Part shown: in pieces, positions 1-7,569 of the stretch | How positions within the stretch are numbered: the stretch's first letter is position 1 | How the letters are laid out: each line of letters starts with the position of its first letter | NCBI GenBank assembly: GCA_041658425.1 | Contig: JBBAAF010000001.1 | Location: forward strand, 26,793-90,792 | DNA length: 64,000 nucleotides | Direction of reading: 5' to 3' | Source: Bacteroidales bacterium | GTDB taxonomy: Bacteria > Bacteroidota > Bacteroidia > Bacteroidales > UBA12481 | Notes under the pieces: generated by a model | What the model saw: only the letters and a program-made list of their open reading frames with translations | Databases searched by the model: none | Told to the model about the DNA's origin: nothing | Translations under genes and position numbers: made by a program

Positions 1-2417
1 ACCTCACCTCCTACCAGCTGATGCAGGCCGGAGCAACCGTCAAGGCTATCGTAGAAGCCATGCCCCGCGAGGGAGGTTTCCCTGTTCAGGCCAACCGGGT
101 CAGGAGACTGGGTATTCCGGTCATCCTGAATCATTTGCTCATCAAGGCTATCCCAAATGAAGATCGTACCGGTATCATCGGAGCTGTTATTGCTGAATCA
201 GAAAATTTCCAGCCCATCCCCGGAACCGAAAAGATCATCGAAGGTATCGACGCTATCAACATCTGTACCGGATTGGTCTCTGATGATCAGTTGCTCATCA
301 AAGGCAAGGAAGTCTTTGGCCGGAATGTCTATGGTGCCGGCGATGCCATCCGTATCGGTGAAGGTACCAGCGCTGTTCTCAGGGGAAAACAGGTAGCCTA
401 TGAACTTCTTGAGGAGATGGGTGAACGGTTTAATTATGATGAGTTTTTGAGTATTTCGAAAGAATACATTGATAGCCAGCAACATCCTATAAGGGTCATC
501 GGGCAGCCCGATCTGCCGGATTCAGTGAGAATGAACCAGAAAGGATTTGTCCAGATCGACTGTTTATATGGTTTTGCCTGCAATCCTTGTGAATTTGCCT
601 GCCCGCATGGTGCCATTACTAAAACCTCAACCAGCACGGTACCGGAAATCGATTTCGATAAATGTATCGGATGCATGGATTGTGTTTATCAATGCCCGGG
701 CCTCGCCATATTCGGATATAATCTGAAGAAAGACTGGCTTTTCCTGCCTATTGAATATGTTGCAGAAGCCGGTTCAGAGTTATTCCTGGTTGATAATAAC
801 GGGAAAAAGCTGGGTACTGGTATGATCGATAAAATCCTAAAAAAACCAAACAAAACCGATATAGCACGGGTCCGCTCACTGGATATTCATGGTGAAGAAC
901 TGGTTAATGTCAGAGGATTTATTGTGAAGGAAAAATTTCCTGATCCTATATTGATCCGGCCGGTTCAGATCAAAACCGAAAACCCGACTTACATCTGTCA
1001 TTGTGATGATGTAACATACGATGAGATTCTGAATACCATTGGCGACCGCAAGTTTATCTCGGTTGATGAAATCAAGCATACCACCCGTTTGGGGATGGGA
1101 GCCTGTCGAGGAAAACGCTGCATCAAGCGGCTCAAAACAGCCCTGCATAGCAGTGGCATTCAGATAGTTGGGGATGCTACTCCAAGAGGACCTCTATCCA
1201 ACCAGATCGAAATGGGTGAGTTATACCCGAAAGATGTACCCGATCAGATCAGGATTGTTGATCATGGCCGTCAGCCCCGTATCCTGAAAGTGGCTTCGCT
1301 GGTTGCCGGCGGCGGTATTGCCGGGTCAGCCGTCTTCCGTTACCTCGCCGAAGCCGGTCAGAAGCCGGTTTTGATCAATTTTGGCCGCGGAGCATCCTGG
1401 AGGAATATTGCCGGTGGACGGCCAAATTTCAGTGTTCCCGAACTTTCCGACATCGCCCGGCATAACCTTGAGATATTCAAAGAATTACAGCAGATAAAGA
1501 ATATCGATTTTCGTCAGATCGACTATGTAACCTTTGCCCATGATGACCAGATGTTCAAAGCACTGGAAGTATCGATGGCCTGGTCGGATGCCGAAATGAT
1601 TGAACCAAAAGATTACCGGTCAAGGATTTCTCCTTTTATCAACCAAAACCTGTACAAAGACTATCAGGCTGCATTAATTACCCATGATTGCTGGCAGGCC
1701 ACTCCGGGCAGGGTTATCGACCTGATCAGGAGGTTAGGTATCAATAATGGCGGCACCGTTCTCGAAGACTGCAAACTGATTGATGTTTACAAAAGCGGCA
1801 ACGAATATGTGATGCTGGTTCAGAATCATGATAAAGAATATATAGAGATCCACACCCCTGTTTTCGTAAATGCCATGGGTCCGGAGGGTCATAAAATCGC
1901 TCGCAAGATGGGCATCGAAATAGGTTTGTATCCTGTTAAACATCAGGCATTTATAACCAGAAGATTACCGATGCTCGGGGTCAATGGCGCTCCGCTGCCG
2001 ATGGTTATCGACCGTCGTCGCTACAAAGGCTTTACGGCAGTTTATGGCCAGCAGCTGGGAGAAACCGGCCAGGTAATTGGCTGTGCCTCACCGGCTATGG
2101 ATGCACAAGAAGCAGAGAAAAACCTAAAGATCAATTCTCAGGACTTCCTGGAAATCGCCTCCGAGGTTTTTGTTAACTGGATTCCTGAATTGTCATCTGT
2201 TGGTTTCCAGGCAGTTTGGGCAGGATATTATGTTGAGCCGCGGATGATTCTGGATCCTGATTTAGGGCTTTTCCTCGGATTGCGCGGTCAGGGATTTATG
2301 CTCGGCCAGTACCTGGCAAAGATGTACGTTGACCGGCTCATGGGCCGGCCTGTTCCCGACTATTTCAGTCAACTGTCGATGAAGGGCGATGGTCTTCTTG
2401 AAAAAGCTTTTAAATAG
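1..2417 (+). CDS. Multidomain flavoprotein, 5'-truncated at the window edge. It comprises the end of a pyridine-nucleotide-disulfide-type FAD/NAD(P) domain, a 2x[4Fe-4S] ferredoxin, a BFD-like [2Fe-2S] domain and a DAO-type FAD oxidoreductase. It resembles a fusion of sarcosine/opine/proline dehydrogenase alpha and beta subunits.
   Basis: The frame is open from nt 3 with no upstream stop. Motifs: VYGAGDA; CNPCEFACP and CIGCMDCVYQCP; ICHCDDVTYDEI...GMGACRGKRC; VAGGGIAGSAV (GxGxxG) opening a ~380 aa DAO-like region. Confidence 0.8.
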   Translation, partial: LTSYQLMQAGATVKAIVEAMPREGGFPVQANRVRRLGIPVILNHLLIKAIPNEDRTGIIGAVIAESENFQPIPGTEKIIEGIDAINICTGLVSDDQLLIKGKEVFGRNVYGAGDAIRIGEGTSAVLRGKQVAYELLEEMGERFNYDEFLSISKEYIDSQQHPIRVIGQPDLPDSVRMNQKGFVQIDCLYGFACNPCEFACPHGAITKTSTSTVPEIDFDKCIGCMDCVYQCPGLAIFGYNLKKDWLFLPIEYVAEAGSELFLVDNNGKKLGTGMIDKILKKPNKTDIARVRSLDIHGEELVNVRGFIVKEKFPDPILIRPVQIKTENPTYICHCDDVTYDEILNTIGDRKFISVDEIKHTTRLGMGACRGKRCIKRLKTALHSSGIQIVGDATPRGPLSNQIEMGELYPKDVPDQIRIVDHGRQPRILKVASLVAGGGIAGSAVFRYLAEAGQKPVLINFGRGASWRNIAGGRPNFSVPELSDIARHNLEIFKELQQIKNIDFRQIDYVTFAHDDQMFKALEVSMAWSDAEMIEPKDYRSRISPFINQNLYKDYQAALITHDCWQATPGRVIDLIRRLGINNGGTVLEDCKLIDVYKSGNEYVMLVQNHDKEYIEIHTPVFVNAMGPEGHKIARKMGIEIGLYPVKHQAFITRRLPMLGVNGAPLPMVIDRRRYKGFTAVYGQQLGETGQVIGCASPAMDAQEAEKNLKINSQDFLEIASEVFVNWIPELSSVGFQAVWAGYYVEPRMILDPDLGLFLGLRGQGFMLGQYLAKMYVDRLMGRPVPDYFSQLSMKGDGLLEKAFK

Positions 2418-2460
2418 GCGATAAACATTTTCAGGATAGGGTTGATCAGCCATTAAATAA

Positions 2461-2489
2461 AAAAAAGGCGGTTGGGAGCCGCCTTTTTT
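2461..2489 (+). terminator. Rho-independent terminator, possibly bidirectional
   Basis: The sequence is aaaaaaGGCGGttgggagCCGCCtttttt. It has a 5-bp GC stem with an A-run before it and a T-run after it, 44 nt after the stop of the upstream CDS. Confidence 0.7.
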
Positions 2490-2777
2490 ACCAACAACAC
2501 CTTTCATGTCCCCACAATCAAGAACCACCTTACAGATAAGAAGAAGTTGAGAAGAAAGAAGTTTTATTGCAACTAAGCCTAAAATCCCTTTATCTAATCT
2601 CTTGTTTTTTCTCGTTGAACTTTCCCCTATCTAACCTTTTGCGATATAAAGATACATCACAGATATTAAAACTGCAAATCTTTTTAACCAAATAGGCCGG
2701 AGAATTATAAACATTCGTACCCGATTTTTTCAAATTAATGATTTTCTGATACTTATAAAAAAATATTCTACAGCAGT

Positions 2778-3347
2778 TTATGGAAAAATCAGAATATCCT
2801 GCAAAAATCTTTTCGGCACATGATGAACCTGACTCTGATCACGCCAGTAGCGGATATCCCCGTCCTTTACCGGTTCAATGACAACTTTTTCCACCGGTTT
2901 CCCGATAGCCAGAACCAGAAGGATTTCAAGGTAGTCAGGAATGGAAAAAAGAGTTCTTAATTCGTCTCGATTTATAGAACCAATCATGCAACCACCCAGG
3001 TCTTTTTCCACAGCGCCCATGAGTATCGTTTGGGCACATATTCCAAGATCGATTTCAAACTTCGAGCCAACCCGGGTATCGCCAAGAATAATTATATATG
3101 CTGTTGGCCGCTCTTCGGCAATCGGTCCGGCCCAATCTTTCAGGTAACCGGCCCAGGCCAGACAGGGAAATAATTTTTCGCATTGATCAGGCTTATTAAC
3201 GACCATAAACTTGAGTGCCTGTTGGTTGCGGCTCGAAGGACAGATTCTTGCAAGTTCAACCAGGTGTTCCATCATTTCCACCGATACGGCAGTTTTGCCG
3301 TCAAACCTGCGATAACTGCGGTTTTTTAGAACTATATCAATTAACAT
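2778..3347 (-). CDS. Nitroreductase family protein
   Basis: MLIDIVLKNRSYRRFDG... is a typical nitroreductase N-terminus, and the fold length fits (~189 aa). I chose the internal ATG at 3347 because the longer ORF overlaps the divergent gene. Confidence 0.75.
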   Translation of the reverse strand: MLIDIVLKNRSYRRFDGKTAVSVEMMEHLVELARICPSSRNQQALKFMVVNKPDQCEKLFPCLAWAGYLKDWAGPIAEERPTAYIIILGDTRVGSKFEIDLGICAQTILMGAVEKDLGGCMIGSINRDELRTLFSIPDYLEILLVLAIGKPVEKVVIEPVKDGDIRYWRDQSQVHHVPKRFLQDILIFP

Positions 3348-3396
3348 ATCTGGTTTAGGATTTATATATTTGTCATCAAACAAAATTTCTACCAAA

Positions 3397-4068
3397 ATGA
3401 ACCCTGAAGAATTGCTGGCAAAGATCGCAAAATGCGTTGAAAGAGGTAAAGTTAATAAAACATCCCCGTATCCCCCCGACATGAAAGAACAGGACGGTGC
3501 CGATGAGCTGAGCGCTCAGGCATTATTAGAAGGAATACCTGCTGATCAGGTTCTTAGTAACGGCCTCGTTCCGGGAATGCAAATTGTAGGTGTTAAATTC
3601 CGCGAGAATAAGGTTTTTGTACCGGAAGTGCTGATGGCTGCAAAAGCTATGAGTGCCGGTATGAAACACCTGAAGCCCTACTTCCAGTCGGGTGCTGTTA
3701 AGCGTAAAGGGGTTTTTATTATTGGTACCGTAAGGGGCGACCTTCATGATATCGGAAAAAACCTGCTGGGAATGATCGTTGAAGGGGCAGGATGGCAGGT
3801 GGTAGACCTGGGAATTGATGTCCCGGCAGCCAAATTCATCGCTGCAGTAGATGAAAACCCTGGCGCATTTGTTGGACTCAGCTGTCTGCTCACCACTACC
3901 ATGCTGAATATGGAGAAAATCGTTCACGAAATTCGAGCCAGCCGTCCCGATACCAAAATTTTGATTGGCGGCGCACCCGTAACAGATGATTTCCGCAAAA
4001 GAGTTGGTGCCGACTGGTATTCACCGGATCCACAGGGTGCCGTTGAGTATTTGAATAAAATCGGGTAA
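3397..4068 (+). CDS. Cobalamin-binding corrinoid protein (MtaC/MtbC/MtmC-like methyltransferase cognate corrinoid protein)
   Basis: It has a B12-binding helical cap followed by a Rossmann domain with the DxHxxG motif (GDLHDIGKNL) and GLSCLLTTT. I chose the ATG at 3397 because the track ORF starts at a TTG. Confidence 0.85.
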   Translation: MNPEELLAKIAKCVERGKVNKTSPYPPDMKEQDGADELSAQALLEGIPADQVLSNGLVPGMQIVGVKFRENKVFVPEVLMAAKAMSAGMKHLKPYFQSGAVKRKGVFIIGTVRGDLHDIGKNLLGMIVEGAGWQVVDLGIDVPAAKFIAAVDENPGAFVGLSCLLTTTMLNMEKIVHEIRASRPDTKILIGGAPVTDDFRKRVGADWYSPDPQGAVEYLNKIG

Positions 4069-4070
4069 AC

Positions 4071-5150
4071 ATGCCTCTCACTCCCCGTGAAAATCTGATC
4101 CGTGCAGCCCGCCGGCAGGGATTTGAATGGATTCCTATTGATATATTACTGTGTGACTCACAGGTTGATGCCTTTAAAAAGACCTTTGGGGATATCGATT
4201 ACTTTGATTGGTTCGGCGTTGATTTCCGCTGGGTTACTTTGACTGAACATCCCGGTTATACCGATGGCCGTCAACTGTTTCGCAGGGAGATCCTCCCGGC
4301 CGATACGGAAATCGATGTTCTCGGTATCGGGCACTCCCAAGGATCAGAAGCGGCTTACCATATGACCCGGATGCACCATCCGCTGCAAGGATGTGAATCC
4401 ATCGAGGAAATTTTGAATTATCCTTTGCCGGTTTTCAACCGGGCAGAAAATCAGCCGCTATTTGACCGGGTGAACTCCCTTCATGAACAAGGATTGGCAG
4501 CTATGTGCCAGATGCAGATGACCATCTGGGAAGCTGCCTGGTATATCCGGTCGATGCCTGACCTGCTGATGGATATGATGCTCGGCGATGAAAAAGCAAC
4601 CGTTCTTCTGGATCGTATTACTGAATATGCCATCCGACGCGTTAAACTCTATACCAAAACTGGCGTGGATATCCTCTCGCTAGGCGATGACGTTGGTATG
4701 CAGAGCGGCCCCCTGATGAGTGTCGATCTCTGGGAATACTGGATCAAACCACGCTTTAAAAGCGTTATTGATGCCGCTCGCAGAATAAATCCCGATGTTC
4801 TGGTTTTCTACCATTCCTGCGGCGATGCAACTGCATTTATCGGGGGACTGATCGATTGCGGGGTCGATATCCTGAATCCGATCCAGCCTGAATGTATGGA
4901 TTTTAACCAGATACACGAAACATACGGCAACCGGCTTTCATTCTGGGGAACACTCGGAACACAGCAATTGCTTCCTTTTGGAACTCCGGAGCAGGTGAGG
5001 GAAATTTCCCTCGACCGCATCCGCACCGTTGGTTCCAAAGGTGGGCTTATCCTCGGTCCAACACACCTGGTAGAACCGGAAGTACCATTTGAAAACCTGG
5101 TGGCAATGAAAAATGCCGCCCGCGAACTATATCCAAAAAAGAAAAAATGA
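4071..5150 (+). CDS. Uroporphyrinogen decarboxylase (URO-D)/MtaA-CmuA family methyltransferase
   Basis: URO-D-family length (359 aa) and C-terminal HSCGD/ILNPIQPE-type motifs. It starts 2 nt after the corrinoid protein stop. Confidence 0.75.
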   Translation: MPLTPRENLIRAARRQGFEWIPIDILLCDSQVDAFKKTFGDIDYFDWFGVDFRWVTLTEHPGYTDGRQLFRREILPADTEIDVLGIGHSQGSEAAYHMTRMHHPLQGCESIEEILNYPLPVFNRAENQPLFDRVNSLHEQGLAAMCQMQMTIWEAAWYIRSMPDLLMDMMLGDEKATVLLDRITEYAIRRVKLYTKTGVDILSLGDDVGMQSGPLMSVDLWEYWIKPRFKSVIDAARRINPDVLVFYHSCGDATAFIGGLIDCGVDILNPIQPECMDFNQIHETYGNRLSFWGTLGTQQLLPFGTPEQVREISLDRIRTVGSKGGLILGPTHLVEPEVPFENLVAMKNAARELYPKKKK

Positions 5151-6031
5151 CAACAAAACTGAGTGAACGGCTTAAAAAAGGTGAAATAATCATTTCAGAT
5201 GGTGCACTCGGCACCATGCTTCAGGCCGCCGGATTGGAACCCGGAGTTTGTCCGGAAACCTGGAATATTGACTTTCCCGAGCGGATTGAAGCTATTGCCC
5301 GGGCTTACGCTGAGGCCGGTTCAGAAGCAGTGGAAACCAACACCTTTGGAGCCAACCGGTTCAAGTTGAGCCATTATGGCCTTCAGGACAAGGTGGTTGA
5401 ATTTAACCGGAAGGCGGTTGAGATCACCCGCCGGGCTATAGGTCCCGACCGGATCGTTCTCGGATCGGTGGGCCCAACCGGTATCCTCCTGATGATGGGT
5501 GAAGTATCCGAAGATGAAATGTTTGAAGCCTTCCGGGAACAGGTGGTAGCCCTGGCCGAAGCCGGTGCTGATGCGATCTGCATCGAAACCATGACTGCCC
5601 TGGATGAGGCAACTTTGGCCATAATAGCTGCGAAAGAGCATACCAATCTGGAAGTGATCTGCACCATGACCTTTGACAAAACGATACAGGGAGATTTCCG
5701 TACCATGATGGGAGTATCACCTGAAGAGATGACCCTTGCATTCAAAGCAGCCGGTGCAGATATAATAGGCACAAATTGTGGCAACGGCATGGAAAATATG
5801 ATCCCGATTGTGGAAGAGATACGCCGGACTGATCCGGAAATTCCCATCCTGGTTCATGCCAACGCCGGCAAGCCTCATTACCACGATGGCAAGAATATCT
5901 TTGATGAAACCCCTGAAATCACTGCCTCATACGTTCCCAACCTGATTAAGGCCGGCGCTACGTGCATCGGTGGCTGCTGTGGAACCACGCCGGAGCATAT
6001 ACGGCGGATCGTGAGGAACGTGAGGACGTGA
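5147..6031 (+). CDS. Homocysteine S-methyltransferase family protein, resembling a stand-alone MetH Hcy-binding domain
   Basis: SDGALGTML N-terminus. Zn-ligand motifs GTNCGNG and GGCCGTTPEHI. There is a 4-nt overlap with the upstream gene. The last ~6 codons lie inside the tandem octamer repeat. Confidence 0.85.
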   Translation: MTTKLSERLKKGEIIISDGALGTMLQAAGLEPGVCPETWNIDFPERIEAIARAYAEAGSEAVETNTFGANRFKLSHYGLQDKVVEFNRKAVEITRRAIGPDRIVLGSVGPTGILLMMGEVSEDEMFEAFREQVVALAEAGADAICIETMTALDEATLAIIAAKEHTNLEVICTMTFDKTIQGDFRTMMGVSPEEMTLAFKAAGADIIGTNCGNGMENMIPIVEEIRRTDPEIPILVHANAGKPHYHDGKNIFDETPEITASYVPNLIKAGATCIGGCCGTTPEHIRRIVRNVRT

Positions 6032-6113
6032 GGACGTGAGGGCGTGAGGGCGACAAGGACGTGAGGACGTTAAGTGCGTAAAGAAGGTTAAGAACGCGAA
6101 GAAAGAAAAGATT
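6010..6113. repeat. Tandem octamer array of about 7 contiguous CGTGAGGA/CGTGAGGG units, decaying into purine-rich low complexity
   Basis: Read directly: cgtgagga a cgtgagga cgtgagga cgtgaggg cgtgaggg cgacaagga cgtgagga cgttaagtg..., ending in gaagaaagaaaag. Confidence 0.9.
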
Positions 6114-6165
6114 GTTAATTAAAAAACAAGCGTGCAGGGGTTGAACAGTAGGTAGAATAGCAATT

Positions 6166-6188
6166 TTGTAATAACTTTGTAATTACAA
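6166..6188 (+). promoter_or_regulatory. mazEF promoter/operator: a Bacteroidota-type -7 box overlapping a perfect palindrome
   Basis: TAACTTTG (TAnnTTTG) at 6172-6179 lies 22 nt upstream of the ATG. The perfect 12-bp palindrome TTGTAATTACAA is at 6177-6188. TTGTAAT is directly repeated at 6166 and 6177. Confidence 0.55.
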
Positions 6189-6200
6189 AATAAAACCAAA

Positions 6201-6446
6201 ATGGAAATCCCGATTATCCGCATCGGAAATTCTAAAGGTATTCGGTTGAGTAAAACGGTCCTTGAACAGTATCAAATCACCGATAAGGTAGAATTGGTGC
6301 TGGAAGAGGATTGTATTGTGCTTAAGCCTTTGACCAAACCAAGAACCGGTTGGGACGAGGCATACAGCCGCATGAATGAGAATGGCGATGATCAGTTGCT
6401 AATCCCGGATGTTTTTCCTGATGAAGAGCCGGAAGAATGGAAATAG
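6201..6446 (+). CDS. mazE: AbrB/MazE/SpoVT-family antitoxin
   Basis: The N-terminus IIRIGNSKGIRLSKTVLEQ is a SpoVT-AbrB swapped-hairpin motif. The C-terminal tail is acidic. It overlaps the toxin gene by 10 nt. Confidence 0.85.
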   Translation: MEIPIIRIGNSKGIRLSKTVLEQYQITDKVELVLEEDCIVLKPLTKPRTGWDEAYSRMNENGDDQLLIPDVFPDEEPEEWK

Positions 6447-6760
6447 TTCAATACCAAATCGCCCTGGTCAACCTGGATTCAACGGTCGGCAGTGAAATTC
6501 AAAAAACCAGGCCTTGTGTGATCATTTCCCCGGATGAGATGAACCGCCACCTTCAGACCGTCGTGGTTGCGCCTTTGACCACTACGTCAAAACCCTATCC
6601 AACAAGAATCAGGATCAGTCATGAAAACACAACGGGGTGGATCGCTGTAGATCAGATCCGTACCATAGACAAAAGCCGGATCATCCGGATTGAGGGCATG
6701 CTTTCTTCATCAGAAATTAAAACCCTCAAATCCATCATCCGGCAAACCTTTGTCGACTAA
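6437..6760 (+). CDS. mazF: PemK/MazF-family endoribonuclease toxin
   Basis: 107 aa. VNLDSTVGSEIQKTRPCVIISPDEMN and VAPLTT are typical of PemK/MazF. Confidence 0.85.
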   Translation: MEIVQYQIALVNLDSTVGSEIQKTRPCVIISPDEMNRHLQTVVVAPLTTTSKPYPTRIRISHENTTGWIAVDQIRTIDKSRIIRIEGMLSSSEIKTLKSIIRQTFVD

Positions 6761-6792
6761 CCTCTAACCTCCTAACCTCTTAACCTTCTCTC
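6759..6792. repeat. Short tandem 7-8 nt array (CCTCTAA/CCTCCTAA/CCTCTTAA) at a convergent gene junction
   Basis: Read directly: cctctaa cctcctaa cctcttaa ccttctc. It contains the sod stop codon and last codons. Confidence 0.85.
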
Positions 6793-7371
6793 CGCTTCTG
6801 CCCAGTTTACAACGTGCCAGAATGCCTCGATATAATCCGGCCTCCGGTTCTGGTAGTTAAGGTAATAAGCATGTTCCCAAACATCCAGGGCAAGGATCGG
6901 GGTACCTTTGACATCGGCGATATCCATCAGCGGATTATCCTGATTCGGGGTTGAGGTGACCACTAATTTGCCGTTAGATTTCACCAGCCAGGCCCAGCCT
7001 GAACCAAACCGCGTAGCTGCGGCAGTGGAGAATTTCTCCTTGAAAGCTTCAAACGATCCAAAATCGGTTTCAATGACTTTCAGCAGTTCCCCGGCAGGCT
7101 TTCCGCCGCCATTCGGCGACATGACCGTCCAGAAAAGGTTGTGGTTGTAAAATCCGCCGCCATTGTTCCGTATCCCTACCGGGTATTTCGATACATGAGC
7201 AAGGATCTCCTCAATACTCAAATTTTCGGCATCAGTACCTGCAACCAGGTTATTCAGGTTGTTGGTATAGGCAGCATGATGTTTGGAGTGATGAATCTCC
7301 ATCGTGCGTGCATCAACGTAAGGCTCCAACGTATCGTAAGCGTACGGTAATTCAGGCAATTTAAATGACAT
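6772..7371 (-). CDS. sodB: Fe/Mn superoxide dismutase
   Basis: [14 protein letters not shown]-like N-terminus, HHSKHH, and [15 protein letters not shown] lies 8 nt upstream of the ATG. The Fe versus Mn assignment cannot be made from sequence. Confidence 0.95.
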   Translation of the reverse strand: MSFKLPELPYAYDTLEPYVDARTMEIHHSKHHAAYTNNLNNLVAGTDAENLSIEEILAHVSKYPVGIRNNGGGFYNHNLFWTVMSPNGGGKPAGELLKVIETDFGSFEAFKEKFSTAAATRFGSGWAWLVKSNGKLVVTSTPNQDNPLMDIADVKGTPILALDVWEHAYYLNYQNRRPDYIEAFWHVVNWAEAERRLRG

Positions 7372-7451
7372 AATATAATCTCCTTAAAATTTATTACTTA
7401 GACTCATCCTCAATAACAAACTTGTTGAAGGTTTTGTTTAGGCCTCCGTAC

Positions 7452-7486
7452 AGCGTGTAGGGGTCCCCGCCTTCACGGGGATGACA
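7452..7486. repeat. REP-like 34-nt hairpin element, copy 1, in inverted orientation relative to copy 2 at 58161-58194
   Basis: agcgtgtaggggTCCCCGccttcaCGGGGAtgaca. Its reverse complement matches 58161-58194 at 30 of 34 positions. Confidence 0.85.
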
Positions 7487-7531
7487 GGAGCGAAGTAGAT
7501 TAAAATACAAGAGCCTGATACAGAGCACTTA

Positions 7532-7569
7532 CCCCCTCCTTCATAAGGAGGGGGCAGGGGGAGGTACTT
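7532..7569. repeat. G/C-rich palindromic element, probably the terminator hairpin of the lanB operon. It belongs to the same family as 51584-51720.
   Basis: CCCCCTCCTT cat AAGGAGGGGG is a perfect 10-bp stem. It is followed by cagggggaggtactt, which resembles ccagggggtgggtactt at 51675-51691. It overlaps the stop and last codons of the 7541-8431 CDS. Confidence 0.7.

Noticed and set aside
2490-2777. A gene-free stretch of about 290 bp between the terminator and the nitroreductase 3' end, considered as a possible sRNA or small ORF
   Set aside because: The only ORFs are tiny (14 codons or fewer). I could identify no promoter box, conserved structure or terminator beyond the one at 2461-2489.
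5383-5847. Long antisense ORFs inside well-supported genes. Examples are 5383-5847(-), 8692-9147(+), 11547-11981(+), 13155-13583(-), 15565-16080(+), 33545-33973(-) and 46706-47339(+).
   Set aside because: They lie fully within CDSs on the opposite strand that carry strong family motifs. Their translations are low-complexity, Ser/Arg/Pro-rich shadow-frame products with no recognisable domains.
6010-6113. Possible CRISPR array or coding repeat in the CGTGAGGA tract, and likewise at 58086-58144
   Set aside because: The units are only 7-8 nt long and directly abut each other with no spacers. There are no cas genes in the window. The tract is a simple tandem repeat.
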